Shown here: positions 12,246-21,453 of the stretch, in pieces
Layout: the number at the start of each line of letters is the position of its first letter
How positions within the stretch are numbered: position 1 is the stretch's first letter
Source of the DNA: Acidobacteriota bacterium
Lineage (GTDB): Bacteria; Acidobacteriota; Thermoanaerobaculia; Multivoradales; UBA5704
DNA length: 64,000 nt
Reading direction: 5' to 3'
Assembly: GCA_040005235.1 (NCBI GenBank)
Contig: JBDTZG010000006.1
Location: forward strand, 64,001-128,000
Program-made: the position numbers and the translations under genes
Notes under the pieces: generated by a model
What the model was told of the DNA's origin: nothing
Seen by the model: the letters and a program-made list of their open reading frames with translations, nothing else
Database searches by the model: none

Positions 12246-12287
12246 CGCCGTTCGTCCGTCGAGATTCAATTCGAGATCCTGAGTTGC

Positions 12288-13511
12288 CTACCGGCCGCCG
12301 AGGATCGCGATGTAGTCCGTCGTCCAGCGGTAGTAGGGGACGCAATTCTTTGTGCCGTCGCCGCAGTCGGAGGTCGGCGTCCGCCAGAAAGCGATCCTGT
12401 CGAAGTTGTCGAATCCGTTCGTGGCGCAGCCGGTGTCGGTCAGAAGCGCATTGCCTTTGCAGGCCGCGGGCACCGCGGGGACTGAGCCGAACCAAGACGC
12501 CACGTCGCCCTGGACCTTCGGCGCGATCGAATGCTCCAGCCACTTATAGGCACAGTTCGGATGCTTCGCGTCGACGTGCAGCATGGTCGTATCCGCCCAG
12601 CCGGTCGCCCCTTCTTTGGGAAAGACGCTCGCGACGGGCTGCTTGTCCGCTTGGAGCAGGTTGACCTGGAACGGCCAAGTGCCCGAAGCGACCACCCCCT
12701 CGTTCTTGAAGTCGTCGATCTGGGCGTTGGCGTCGTGCCAGTACTTGCCGATCAGGGTCTTCTGGCCGCGCAGCAGGGCGAGTGCCTCTTTGTATTGCGG
12801 TTCGGTGAGCGAGTACGGATCTTTGATTCCGAGCGCGGGCTTTGCCGACTTCAAGTAAAGCGCGGCGTCGGCAATATAGATCGCGCCGTCGTACGCTTGG
12901 ATCCGTCCCTTGTTCGACTTGCCGTCGGGCAAGGTTGTCTCGTTGAACACCACGTTCCAGCTGTCGGGCGGCTTGGTGCCGAACACCTTGGTGTTGTACA
13001 TCAGCACGTTCGGCCCCCACTGATAGGGAACGCCGTAATGTTTGCCGCCGACCGTGTGCCATGCCGCGTTCTGAAGCCGCGGATCGACTTGGCCCCAACT
13101 GGGAATCAGGGCGGTGTTGATTTTTTGGATCTTTCCCCCGGCGACCAACCGGAGCGAGGCGTCACCCGAGGCGGTCACGAGATCGAAGCCCCCGTCGTTC
13201 ATCAACGCGACCATCTCGTCCGAGGTGGCGGCCGTCTTCACGCTCACCTTGCAGCCAGTCTCCTTCTCGAAGCCGGTCACCCAGTCGTAGGTCTTGTCGG
13301 TGTCGCCCCGCTCGACATAGCCGATCCAGGCGACGATCGAAACCTCCCCCTCGCCAGGTCCCACCGCCTGGAGGGGGTTGCTCGGACCGGTCGAGGCGGC
13401 GGCCGCGCCGCCGTCCGGGACTTCCGGCGCCTTCGGCGCGCAGGCGACGGGCAGGATCGCGAAGATTGCGGCGAAGATCGGCATCTTCCACGGCGAGCGT
13501 CGGCGGATCAT
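12288..13511 (-). CDS. Polyamine ABC transporter substrate-binding lipoprotein (PotD/YdcS-like)
   Basis: Lipobox LPVAC; FEKETGCKV, DLVTASGDAS, GVPYQWGPN, PKEGATGWAD; AAGGAG RBS before ATG 13511. Confidence 0.9.
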   Translation of the reverse strand: MIRRRSPWKMPIFAAIFAILPVACAPKAPEVPDGGAAAASTGPSNPLQAVGPGEGEVSIVAWIGYVERGDTDKTYDWVTGFEKETGCKVSVKTAATSDEMVALMNDGGFDLVTASGDASLRLVAGGKIQKINTALIPSWGQVDPRLQNAAWHTVGGKHYGVPYQWGPNVLMYNTKVFGTKPPDSWNVVFNETTLPDGKSNKGRIQAYDGAIYIADAALYLKSAKPALGIKDPYSLTEPQYKEALALLRGQKTLIGKYWHDANAQIDDFKNEGVVASGTWPFQVNLLQADKQPVASVFPKEGATGWADTTMLHVDAKHPNCAYKWLEHSIAPKVQGDVASWFGSVPAVPAACKGNALLTDTGCATNGFDNFDRIAFWRTPTSDCGDGTKNCVPYYRWTTDYIAILGGR

Positions 13512-13653
13512 GAGCGGCTCCTTGCTCGGAATCGAAAGGTCGGTTCCGGGAGGTGTGGTCGGCAAATCGTTGAAGGGAAGACTAGTGTCCGGACGGGGCC
13601 GTCCGCAAGGCGCCGGTTTCGTTCCGCCCGCATCTCGTGTCCAAGCAGGTAGG

Positions 13654-14328
13654 ATGAACCTACAAGCCCTAGCGATCCCGATCCGGATTCCGATGATGAC
13701 CCCCAGGGAGCAGAGCCCCGCCTCGTTCCGAGCGCTCCCCCTCGATTCGGTCGAGGACGAGCGGCGGCTGCTCGCCGACTATTCGCGCGGCGATCGCGCC
13801 GCGGCCGAACGGCTGGTGGCGAGTACCTACCGCCAGGTGTTCGCGTTTCTCGCCAAGCTTTGTGGCGGCGACGCGGATCTGGCGGCCGATCTCACGCAGG
13901 ACACCTACAAGAAGGCGTGGGACGCCCTCTCCCGGTTCGACGGCCGGTCGAGATTCGCCACCTGGCTCTGCCGGATCGCCTACACCACGTTCCTCAATCA
14001 CATCCGCCGGCCTCGGCGCGTGGTGCAGATTGAGGACGACGTGGCGGATCAGGTCGCCGATCCCGATCCGAGCCCCGAGGATCTCGCAGGGCTCGCGGTC
14101 TCGGGCGAGCGCCTGCGCCACGCGGTGATGGCTCTGCCCGAGCCGCTGCGCGAAACGATCACCGCCCATTTCTGGGGCGGCACCGACATTCCGGACATCG
14201 CCCGTGACGAGGGGGTCACCGCCGTGGCGATCCGCAAGCGGATCAAGAAAGCGCTCGCCGTGCTCGCGCATTCGCTCGATAGAACCTTCGGCTCGTCGAC
14301 CGAAGCCACCGGGGAGGACGCGCGATGA
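13654..14328 (+). CDS. ECF-type RNA polymerase sigma factor
   Basis: AADLTQDTY...FDGRSRFATWLCRIA (sigma2); LPEPLRE...IARDEGVTAVAIRKRI (sigma4); start uncertain. Confidence 0.88.
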   Translation: MNLQALAIPIRIPMMTPREQSPASFRALPLDSVEDERRLLADYSRGDRAAAERLVASTYRQVFAFLAKLCGGDADLAADLTQDTYKKAWDALSRFDGRSRFATWLCRIAYTTFLNHIRRPRRVVQIEDDVADQVADPDPSPEDLAGLAVSGERLRHAVMALPEPLRETITAHFWGGTDIPDIARDEGVTAVAIRKRIKKALAVLAHSLDRTFGSSTEATGEDAR

Positions 14329-16553
14329 ACGCCAACGCTGAGCGAAACGAAATCCGCGAGAGCGAGCTGCGCCGCCTGTTGTCGGAAGCGCCGCCGACCG
14401 GCCCGGCGCTCGATCCGCCGGCCGACCTCTTGGCCAAGCTGCAGGAAGGGATTCCGGACGCGATCGAGCTGCATCCCGCGCTGCGCGGCGGCGAAAACGT
14501 CCTGCCGTTCCGGGCGCCCGCGCCGCGGACCCCCATGGCCCGCCGCAATGTCTGGCTGATCGCTGCGAGCCTGCTCGCGATGGCCGGGGCGGGCTACTTC
14601 TCCTTGCGGGTGCGCGACGTGGTTTCCGTGCCGGAAAATGTGGCGGCCCATGAGTCGGTGGAAGCGGCGAACGGGCGCGGCGCGATTCCGACCGGGGCCG
14701 ACTCGGCCCCTCTGCCCAAAACGCCGGCCGAAGGCACCGAAGCCGGGATTCAATCCCCTTCGGGATCTCCCGCAGCTCCGCCGCCGCCGGCCGACCTCAA
14801 AGCGCTCGGCTACCTCGGCGGCCCACCGGCTTCGGAGGCGGCCCCGGAAAAAGGCAAGCTCTGGGACCGACTCGACGAGACTCGTCGGCAGGCGACTCCG
14901 GCAGAGCAGGCCCGGGCCAACGAGGCGCTTCGGCGGCGCGAGGGCAGGCAGGCGAAAACCGAGCAGCCCGTGGAGGTCCCCGAGGGCGTGGAAGGCGGAG
15001 TCGAAGGGGGAGTGCCCGGAGGGGTCGCGGGCGGCGTGGTGGGGGGAGTTGTAGGCGGCGTGCCCGGCGGAGTGATGACGGGCGCCGCGGCTCCCTTCCC
15101 GGCGACCGAGCCGGCCAAGCCGGCCCCCTCGACCGGCGGAACGGCCGAGCCGAACGACCAGCCGTACGCCGACACCTTCTTCGAGAGCGCCGGGGTCAAT
15201 CCGTTCATCGACACCGACGAGGACCGGCTCTCGACGTTCGGGCTCGACGTCGATACCGGTTCCTTCACGGTGATCCGGCGCTACCTGGAAGAGGGCCATC
15301 GGCCGCCGAAGGATGCGGTGCGTCTCGAAGAGGTGGTCAACTTCTTCGATTATGCCGATCCGGCTCCGGCCCACGGCGATTTCGCGGTTCGCCTCGAAGG
15401 CGCGCCGAACCCGTTCGGTCCGCAGGGCAAAATCAACGAACGCCACCGCCTGGTGCGGGTGGGGATCAAAGCCCGCGAGATCGATGCCGTCCGGCGCAAG
15501 CCCTCGGTGCTGACCTTCGTGGTCGACATCTCGGGCTCGATGGACCAGGAGAACCGGCTCGGACTGGTGAAGCGGGCGCTTGAGCTTCTGGTCGCCGAGT
15601 TGCGCGAAGACGACAGGGTGGGCCTGGTGATCTTCGGCAGCGAGGCGCGCACGATTCTCGAACCGACGACCGACCGCTCGGCGATTCGGGAGGCGATCGA
15701 ACGGCTGCGGGCGGAAGGCTCGACCAACGCCGAGGCGGGATTGAACCTCGCCTACGACGTGGCCCGTCGGGCCTACCGTGCGAACGGCAACAACCGGCTG
15801 ATCCTCTGTTCCGATGGGGTCGCGAATGTCGGAAACACCGGCCCGCAATCGATCCTCAAGCGGATCGGTAAGGAGACTCGGGCAGGCATTGAGCTTTCGA
15901 CCGTCGGATTCGGCATGGGCAATTACAACGACGTGCTGATGGAGCAGCTGGCAGACAAAGGGGACGGACGTTACGCCTACGTGGACACGATCGAAGAGGC
16001 GCATCGGATCTTCGTCGACGGGCTCGCCGGAACGCTCCAGACGATCGCCAAGGACGCCAAGGTGCAGGTGGAATTCGATCCTACAGTGGTCCAGAGCTGG
16101 CGCCTGCTCGGTTACGAAAACCGCGACATCGCGGACGACAAATTCCGCGACGACACGGTCGATGCGGGGGACATCGGCGCGGGACATGCGGTGACCGCGC
16201 TCTACGAGGTGAAGCTCGCCGAGCGGCCGGCGGCGGGTAAACCGAACCCGGCGATCGCCAGGGTTCACCTGCGCTGGTTCTCGAAGGAATCCGAGCGGGT
16301 GATCGAATCGGTCCAGGCTCTGCCGCTCGACCGGCTCGCTCCCAAGTGGCAATCTGCGAGCCCGGCGTTCCGGTTGGCGACCCTCGCCGGCCAGTTCGCC
16401 GAGATCCTGCGCGGCTCCCCTTGGGCGAAGGGCGAGAGTCCGGTCGAAGTCGCCCGCCGCGCGCGAGAGCTTGCCGATCAGACCTCGGGCAAGCTGCACA
16501 CCCAGGCGATCGATCTCGCGACATTGGCGGATTTGGCGGCCCGGGCGAGGTAG
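14325..16553 (+). CDS. Membrane-anchored vWA domain protein (YfbK-like), probable anti-sigma partner
   Basis: ATGA overlap with the sigma gene; N-terminal cytoplasmic segment and TM; LSTFGLDVDTGSF, MIDAS DISGSM, LCSDGVAN, TIAKDAKVQVEF, RLLGYENR. Confidence 0.85.
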   Translation: MNANAERNEIRESELRRLLSEAPPTGPALDPPADLLAKLQEGIPDAIELHPALRGGENVLPFRAPAPRTPMARRNVWLIAASLLAMAGAGYFSLRVRDVVSVPENVAAHESVEAANGRGAIPTGADSAPLPKTPAEGTEAGIQSPSGSPAAPPPPADLKALGYLGGPPASEAAPEKGKLWDRLDETRRQATPAEQARANEALRRREGRQAKTEQPVEVPEGVEGGVEGGVPGGVAGGVVGGVVGGVPGGVMTGAAAPFPATEPAKPAPSTGGTAEPNDQPYADTFFESAGVNPFIDTDEDRLSTFGLDVDTGSFTVIRRYLEEGHRPPKDAVRLEEVVNFFDYADPAPAHGDFAVRLEGAPNPFGPQGKINERHRLVRVGIKAREIDAVRRKPSVLTFVVDISGSMDQENRLGLVKRALELLVAELREDDRVGLVIFGSEARTILEPTTDRSAIREAIERLRAEGSTNAEAGLNLAYDVARRAYRANGNNRLILCSDGVANVGNTGPQSILKRIGKETRAGIELSTVGFGMGNYNDVLMEQLADKGDGRYAYVDTIEEAHRIFVDGLAGTLQTIAKDAKVQVEFDPTVVQSWRLLGYENRDIADDKFRDDTVDAGDIGAGHAVTALYEVKLAERPAAGKPNPAIARVHLRWFSKESERVIESVQALPLDRLAPKWQSASPAFRLATLAGQFAEILRGSPWAKGESPVEVARRARELADQTSGKLHTQAIDLATLADLAARAR

Positions 16554-16588
16554 CCCTCACCACTGCCCGGGGCAGGGGGTAAGGGCTT

Positions 16589-17461
16589 TTACCCCCGCCG
16601 CACCCGTACCACGGCCCCGGGCTGAGCCGTGAGGTTGGCCCCGTCGAGCCGGGCCTCGACGAAGATCATCCGCGATGCCGGATCGATCTCCGGCGAGATC
16701 CGCTCGATGGTGCCGGAGAGATCGCCCAGATCGGCGGCCGAGGCGACGATCGGCGCGTCGAGAGCAAGGCTCTTCGCCTCGGCGGGCGGCACCGCGAAGC
16801 GGACGATCAATCCCCCCTCGCTCACCAGCCGGACGATCGGCGTGCCGGCTCCTACGGTCGCCCCGGGATCGAGAAAGCGCTCAGCCACCGTTCCGGCAAA
16901 CGGCGCCCGGATCTCGCTTTCGCCGACCGCGATCTCGGTCAACCGGACCCGCGCCCGCTCGCCGGAAACCCGGGCGCGGGCGGATTCGAGCGCCGCCTCG
17001 GCCTGCTGCTTCTGGATCTCGGCCTGGGCCAGATCCTCTTTCGAAAACGACTCGGGGATCGACAGCCGCCGCTTCTGACGGCTTTCGGCATCGGCGAGCG
17101 CGAGGTTTGCCTGCCGCTCCGCCGCCTGCGCTTCGCTCAGAGAGGCCCGCATTTGATCCAGCTCCCGGGCGAGCGAGGCGGCATCGAGCCGCGCGATCGA
17201 CGCCCCTTTCGCCAGGCGATCGCCCGGCCGGACGAAGACCGCCTCCAACCGGCCGCCCGCCGCGGCGGCCACCGAAGTGGATTGGCGAGAAACGAGAACG
17301 CCCAGATAACCCGTGGGCCGGCCGGCCGAGGCCGCCGCGATCCGCTCGACCGGTGCGTCGGAACCCGGGGGAGTGGCGGGTTTGGCGGTCTGACCGACGG
17401 GCTTTTCGCCGCCGCAGGCCGCGAATCCCAAGAGAGCGAGCGGTAGAACCCAGGATTTCAT
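16589..17461 (-). CDS. RND/MFP-type periplasmic adaptor lipoprotein (orphan)
   Basis: Lipobox FAAC; V.PGDRLAKG, alpha-hairpin, IRAPFAGTV, RISPEIDPASR. Confidence 0.85.
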   Translation of the reverse strand: MKSWVLPLALLGFAACGGEKPVGQTAKPATPPGSDAPVERIAAASAGRPTGYLGVLVSRQSTSVAAAAGGRLEAVFVRPGDRLAKGASIARLDAASLARELDQMRASLSEAQAAERQANLALADAESRQKRRLSIPESFSKEDLAQAEIQKQQAEAALESARARVSGERARVRLTEIAVGESEIRAPFAGTVAERFLDPGATVGAGTPIVRLVSEGGLIVRFAVPPAEAKSLALDAPIVASAADLGDLSGTIERISPEIDPASRMIFVEARLDGANLTAQPGAVVRVRRG

Positions 17462-17524
17462 GGGGTGATCTTACCTCTGCCGCCAAGCAGACCCCCGGCA
17501 TGCCGCGTGCTAGCATCCTCCCTC

Positions 17525-18340
17525 GTGAAAGACCCCCGCTTAAAAGCCCTGATCGACGACCTTTCCGCCCGCGAATCGATCCTCATCGCCTACTCGGGCG
17601 GCGTAGATTCGGCGCTGGTTGCCGCCTTGGCGTTTCGCGCCGTGGGGGATCGGGCGCTCGCAGTCACCGCGGCGGCCGAGACGCTCGCGGGCGCCGAGCT
17701 CGACCATGCGCGAGCCCAAGCGGCGGAGATCGGCATCCGGCACGAAACGGTCACCTACAGCGAGCTGGACGATCCGGAATTCGTCGCCAACCCGAGCCAC
17801 CGCTGCTACGTCTGCCAAGGGATGAGAATGGACGCGATGCTTACACTCGCCGCGGCACGCGGTTACGCCACGGTGTGCGACGGAACGAACGCTTCGGACC
17901 CAGGTCCCGACCGGCCGGGATTGAAAGCGATCCGCGAACGGGCGGTCTACTCTCCCTTGTTCGAGCACGGCATCGACAAGGCGACCACCCGGGCTCTCGC
18001 CAAGGAGCTGGGCCTTTCCGCTTGGGATCGGCCGGCGAACGCCTGCCTCTCCTCCCGCATTCCCCACGGTCAGCTGGTCACCCTTGGCAAGCTCAAGCGG
18101 ATCGAGGCGGCCGAGGAGATCGTGGCGCGCGAAGGGTTCCGTGTCGTCAGAGTGCGCCACGAAGCCGAAGGCGCCCGGGTCGAAGTGGCGGCCGACGAGG
18201 TGGCCCGGCTCGCCGACCTCTGGCCGAAGCTGGAAGCCCCGCTCCGCGGTCTCGGCTTCGCCAGGGCGAGCTACGACCCCTCGGGCTACCGCCGCGGCGG
18301 AGCGGATCTGCCCAGCCAACCCGAGACCCCGGCCGCGTGA
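17525..18340 (+). CDS. larE: ATP-dependent sulfur transferase LarE
   Basis: PP-loop AYSGGVDS, RCYVC, DGTNASD..RPG, ACLSSRIPHG, RVRH; GTG start at 17525. Confidence 0.9.
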   Translation: MKDPRLKALIDDLSARESILIAYSGGVDSALVAALAFRAVGDRALAVTAAAETLAGAELDHARAQAAEIGIRHETVTYSELDDPEFVANPSHRCYVCQGMRMDAMLTLAAARGYATVCDGTNASDPGPDRPGLKAIRERAVYSPLFEHGIDKATTRALAKELGLSAWDRPANACLSSRIPHGQLVTLGKLKRIEAAEEIVAREGFRVVRVRHEAEGARVEVAADEVARLADLWPKLEAPLRGLGFARASYDPSGYRRGGADLPSQPETPAA

Positions 18341-19119
18341 ATCGCGATCAGCTCTCCGCGCTGCTCGCCGATGTGGCGGCCGGCACGACGCCTCCCGCCG
18401 AAGCGCTCGAACAGCTCGCCGAGTTGCCCTACGCCGATCTCGGTTTCGCGAGGCTCGATTTCCATCGCGAGCTGAGGAACGGTTTGCCCGAAGCGGTCTA
18501 CGCCGAAGGCAAAACCCCCGAAGACCTGCGGAAGATCGCCGCCCGCTTCGTCGAAGCGCACGGCCGGCTGCTCGTGACCCGGCTCTCCGCCTCGGCAGCC
18601 GAGGTGCTCTGCGCCGATCTGCCCAACGCCACCTACCACCAACGCGCCCGAGTGCTCACGGTCGGCGGTCCGGTCGAGGTGGTGGCGGGAACGGTCTCGG
18701 TGCTCGCCGCCGGAACCTCTGACTTACCCGTCGCCGAAGAGGCCGCGGTCTGCGCTCGCTGGTTCGGCTGCCCGGTCGAAACGTCCTACGACGTAGGGGT
18801 CGCCGGCCTTCATCGCCTGCTCTCCCAACTCCCGGAGATCCGCAAAGCCGCGGTGGTCATCGCCGTCGCCGGAATGGACGGCGCGCTCCCCACGGTGGTT
18901 GCAAGCCTCACCTCGGCCCCCGTGGTCGCGGTCCCCACCTCCGTAGGCTACGGCGCGGCGTTTCACGGCTTGGCGCCGCTTCTCACCATGCTGAACGCCT
19001 GCGCCCCGGGCATTGGAGTGGTGAACATCGACAACGGCTACGGCGCCGCGGTGTTGGCGCACCGGATCGCGCGCTCCCGGCAAGGGGTGCCCTTGCCGCG
19101 TTGCGACAAGATCGGGTAG
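18337..19119 (+). CDS. larB: Nickel-pincer cofactor biosynthesis protein LarB (PurE-like)
   Basis: LDFHRELRNGLPEAVYAEGKT, AGTSDLPVAEEA, DVGVAGLHRL, AGMDGAL, PTSVGYG, VVNIDNGYGAA; GTGA overlap with larE. Confidence 0.93.
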   Translation: MNRDQLSALLADVAAGTTPPAEALEQLAELPYADLGFARLDFHRELRNGLPEAVYAEGKTPEDLRKIAARFVEAHGRLLVTRLSASAAEVLCADLPNATYHQRARVLTVGGPVEVVAGTVSVLAAGTSDLPVAEEAAVCARWFGCPVETSYDVGVAGLHRLLSQLPEIRKAAVVIAVAGMDGALPTVVASLTSAPVVAVPTSVGYGAAFHGLAPLLTMLNACAPGIGVVNIDNGYGAAVLAHRIARSRQGVPLPRCDKIG

Positions 19120-19164
19120 AAAGAGACTCGGAAGCGAAAGATCACCCTCTCGCTTGGAGGTTCC

Positions 19165-20616
19165 ATGACGGTTCAGTCGCCCCCTTCGCTCGACATCGCC
19201 GAGAATCTCGGGGAGCTGCGCACGCTCCTCGGTGCCCGGCTGCTTACCGAAGATTCGATTCTCGACAGTTTCCGCTCCGACTTTGGCCGGATGGTTGAGC
19301 GGCGTCCGGCCGCGGTCGCGCAGTGCACGACTTCGGCCGAAGTGGCCGAAGTCGTCCGTTTCTGCCGCCGGAATGCGATCGCGCTCGCACCCCGTGGCCA
19401 GGGCCACACCCAGACCGGCCAGGCCACGACCGAGGGTGGAATCGTCCTCGACACCGCCCTCTTGAATACCATCTACGAAATCGACGCCAAGGGTCTCTTC
19501 GCCGACTGCGGCGCCGGAGTGGTCTGGCGCGATCTGGTGAAAGAGTCGATCGACCGCGGACTCATCCCGCCAACGCTCACCAACAACCTAGGGGTGACGG
19601 TAGCCGGCACCACCTCCATGGCCGGTTTGGGCGTCGCGAGCTTCCGGAACGGTTCGCAGGCCGACAACGCGATCGAGATCGAGGTGGTGACGGGCGAGGG
19701 CGAGATCGTCGTCTGCTCGCACGAGAAGAACCGCGAGCTGTTCGACGCCGTTCGCTGCACGCTCGGCCAGATCGGCATCATCACCCGGGTGAAGACCCGC
19801 CTTCGGCCCGCCAAGCCGACCGTGCGCCAGTACAGCCTGGTCTACGACGACCTCGGCGCCTTCATGGCCGACGCGAAAAAGGTGATGGACGGGACGACGT
19901 TCGCCAGCATGGGCGGCATCTGTTCGCCCGCGCCGCTCGGTTTCCGCCGCATCGGCGAAGGGATGGAGCCGGGGGTCGGCGTGGTCGGCTTCGGCCACTG
20001 GATCTTCCCGATGTTCCTGACCATCGAGTTCGGCCCCGGCGAAGAGCCGGACGACGACCAGGCGCTCGCCGAGCTATCGCCCTACCGGATCGCCCACATC
20101 GAGGACGCCACGCTGTTCGATTTCTGCCAGCGGATGGAGCCGATGTTCGCGATCTGGCGCCGCACCGGCTACTGGGATCACACTCACCCCTGGATGGAGA
20201 CGATCCTCCCTTGGGACGGCGCCAGGGAATACATCGAGATGATCCTCGCCAACCTCCCCCCCGCGGCGCTCGGCTTGGGCGGCCACGTCCTTCTCTGGCC
20301 GTCGCGCACCGACTGCTCCGAGGTGCCGTACTTCATGCATCCGGGGGGAGACTACGTCCTCGGCTGGGGCGTGCTCGGCGGAATGCCCAAAGAGCCGGCG
20401 GACTTCTACGAGAAATACCTCCAGAACCTCGATTTCGCGAGCGAGCTGTCGATCCACCAGTTCGGCGGCAAGCGCTACCTCTCGGGCTACATCACCTTCG
20501 ACTCGGCCGAGCGCTGGGCGCTCCACTACGGCGACCAGTGGGAGCCGCTCAAGGCCGCGAAGAAGAAGTACGACCCCGACGGCATCCTCGCGCCGGGCTT
20601 CATCGTTTGGGAGTAG
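19165..20616 (+). CDS. FAD-linked oxidase, VAO/PCMH fold, cytokinin dehydrogenase-like
   Basis: DFGRM..RPAAV, RGQGHTQTGQA, HPWMETILP, KKKYDPDGILAPG. Confidence 0.8.
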   Translation: MTVQSPPSLDIAENLGELRTLLGARLLTEDSILDSFRSDFGRMVERRPAAVAQCTTSAEVAEVVRFCRRNAIALAPRGQGHTQTGQATTEGGIVLDTALLNTIYEIDAKGLFADCGAGVVWRDLVKESIDRGLIPPTLTNNLGVTVAGTTSMAGLGVASFRNGSQADNAIEIEVVTGEGEIVVCSHEKNRELFDAVRCTLGQIGIITRVKTRLRPAKPTVRQYSLVYDDLGAFMADAKKVMDGTTFASMGGICSPAPLGFRRIGEGMEPGVGVVGFGHWIFPMFLTIEFGPGEEPDDDQALAELSPYRIAHIEDATLFDFCQRMEPMFAIWRRTGYWDHTHPWMETILPWDGAREYIEMILANLPPAALGLGGHVLLWPSRTDCSEVPYFMHPGGDYVLGWGVLGGMPKEPADFYEKYLQNLDFASELSIHQFGGKRYLSGYITFDSAERWALHYGDQWEPLKAAKKKYDPDGILAPGFIVWE

Positions 20617-20624
20617 GGGCGGGC

Positions 20625-20662
20625 GCAACCCCCGCGAGCGATTGAAGCCCCTCGCGGGTTGC
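20625..20662. repeat. REP-like imperfect hairpin after the oxidase stop codon
   Basis: gcaaccc(cc)gcgag ... ctcgcgggttgc inverted repeat; no U-tract. Confidence 0.5.
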
Positions 20663-20706
20663 GGTCCCCACCACCCGAGGCGCGGCCACCACTCCGCCCG
20701 CTCCGC

Positions 20707-21105
20707 GGAAAGTTCCTGGGGCTCCACGGAATGTTCCTGAGGTCCAGAGGAAAACTCCTGAGGTCGCGAGGAATGTTCCGGAACACCGGAGGAGCATTCC
20801 TGAGATCAAGCGGAACGTTCCTGAGTTTCAGGGGAATGTTCCTGAGTATCAGCGGAGCATTCCTGCCAAAGCACGGAACGTTCCGTAGCGCTAGGAGAAC
20901 ATTCCTGAGATTTAGAGGAATGTTCCTGTGCCTTAACGGAGTATTCCTGAGATTCAGCGGAACATTCCTGAGAACCAGAGGAATATTCCTGAGCACCAGC
21001 AGAGCATTCCGGAGCTTCAGAGGAGTTTTCCTCCGGTCCAGTGGAGCATTCCGCGCGCCAAACGGAGTATTCCTCTCATCCTGCGGAGCGTTCCGTGCAC
21101 CCGGC
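20707..21105. repeat. Tandem array A: 19 x 21-bp units, consensus GGARYRTTCC-TGAGNNYCAGM
   Basis: Units in exact 21-bp register without indels, e.g. ggaatgttcctgaggtccaga, ggaacgttcctgagtttcagg, ggaatattcctgagcaccagc. Confidence 0.95.
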
Positions 21106-21453
21106 GGAGCGGGTTTTGCGGTCTCAACACTGCTGTGGCCACCGGAAACAGCGGTTTCCGCCTCCGCGACGCCCCCGGTCTCACCCTATCCCCAGGTGCC
21201 GCGAGACGCCGCACCTGGGACCCGGCCCGATCCGGCGCTTCGCACGCTTCGAGTTGGAGCGATTCGGACCAACCGGGCGAACTGCACAGCCTTTTGAGCA
21301 GCCTTTCGGAGTAATCTTCCCTGTATCGCTGTCTTCGAACCGTCACCGCGCTGCCGTGCGCGGGTGAAAGAATTCGCGGGCCGCTCCCTCCGGAAGGGGG
21401 CTGTCCGCACCCGGAACTTCGATTCGAGTCCTCGCCTGGGGAGAGAACCTCAC

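Noticed and set aside
16675-18336. Long N-terminal extensions on larB (also sixA, yqeY, CHAD, pdxA) in the ORF track
   Set aside because: The extensions overlap other real genes; starts were reassigned using overlapping stop/start codons and family N-termini.
20707-21105. Array A (and array B) as a CRISPR array
   Set aside because: The conserved part is only about 10-14 bp and degenerate, the variable part is 11 bp and related between units, and no cas genes are present.
20659-21297. 212-aa + strand ORF (GxFLRxR repeats)
   Set aside because: TTG start inside a hairpin, and the variation between units is mostly non-synonymous in this frame.
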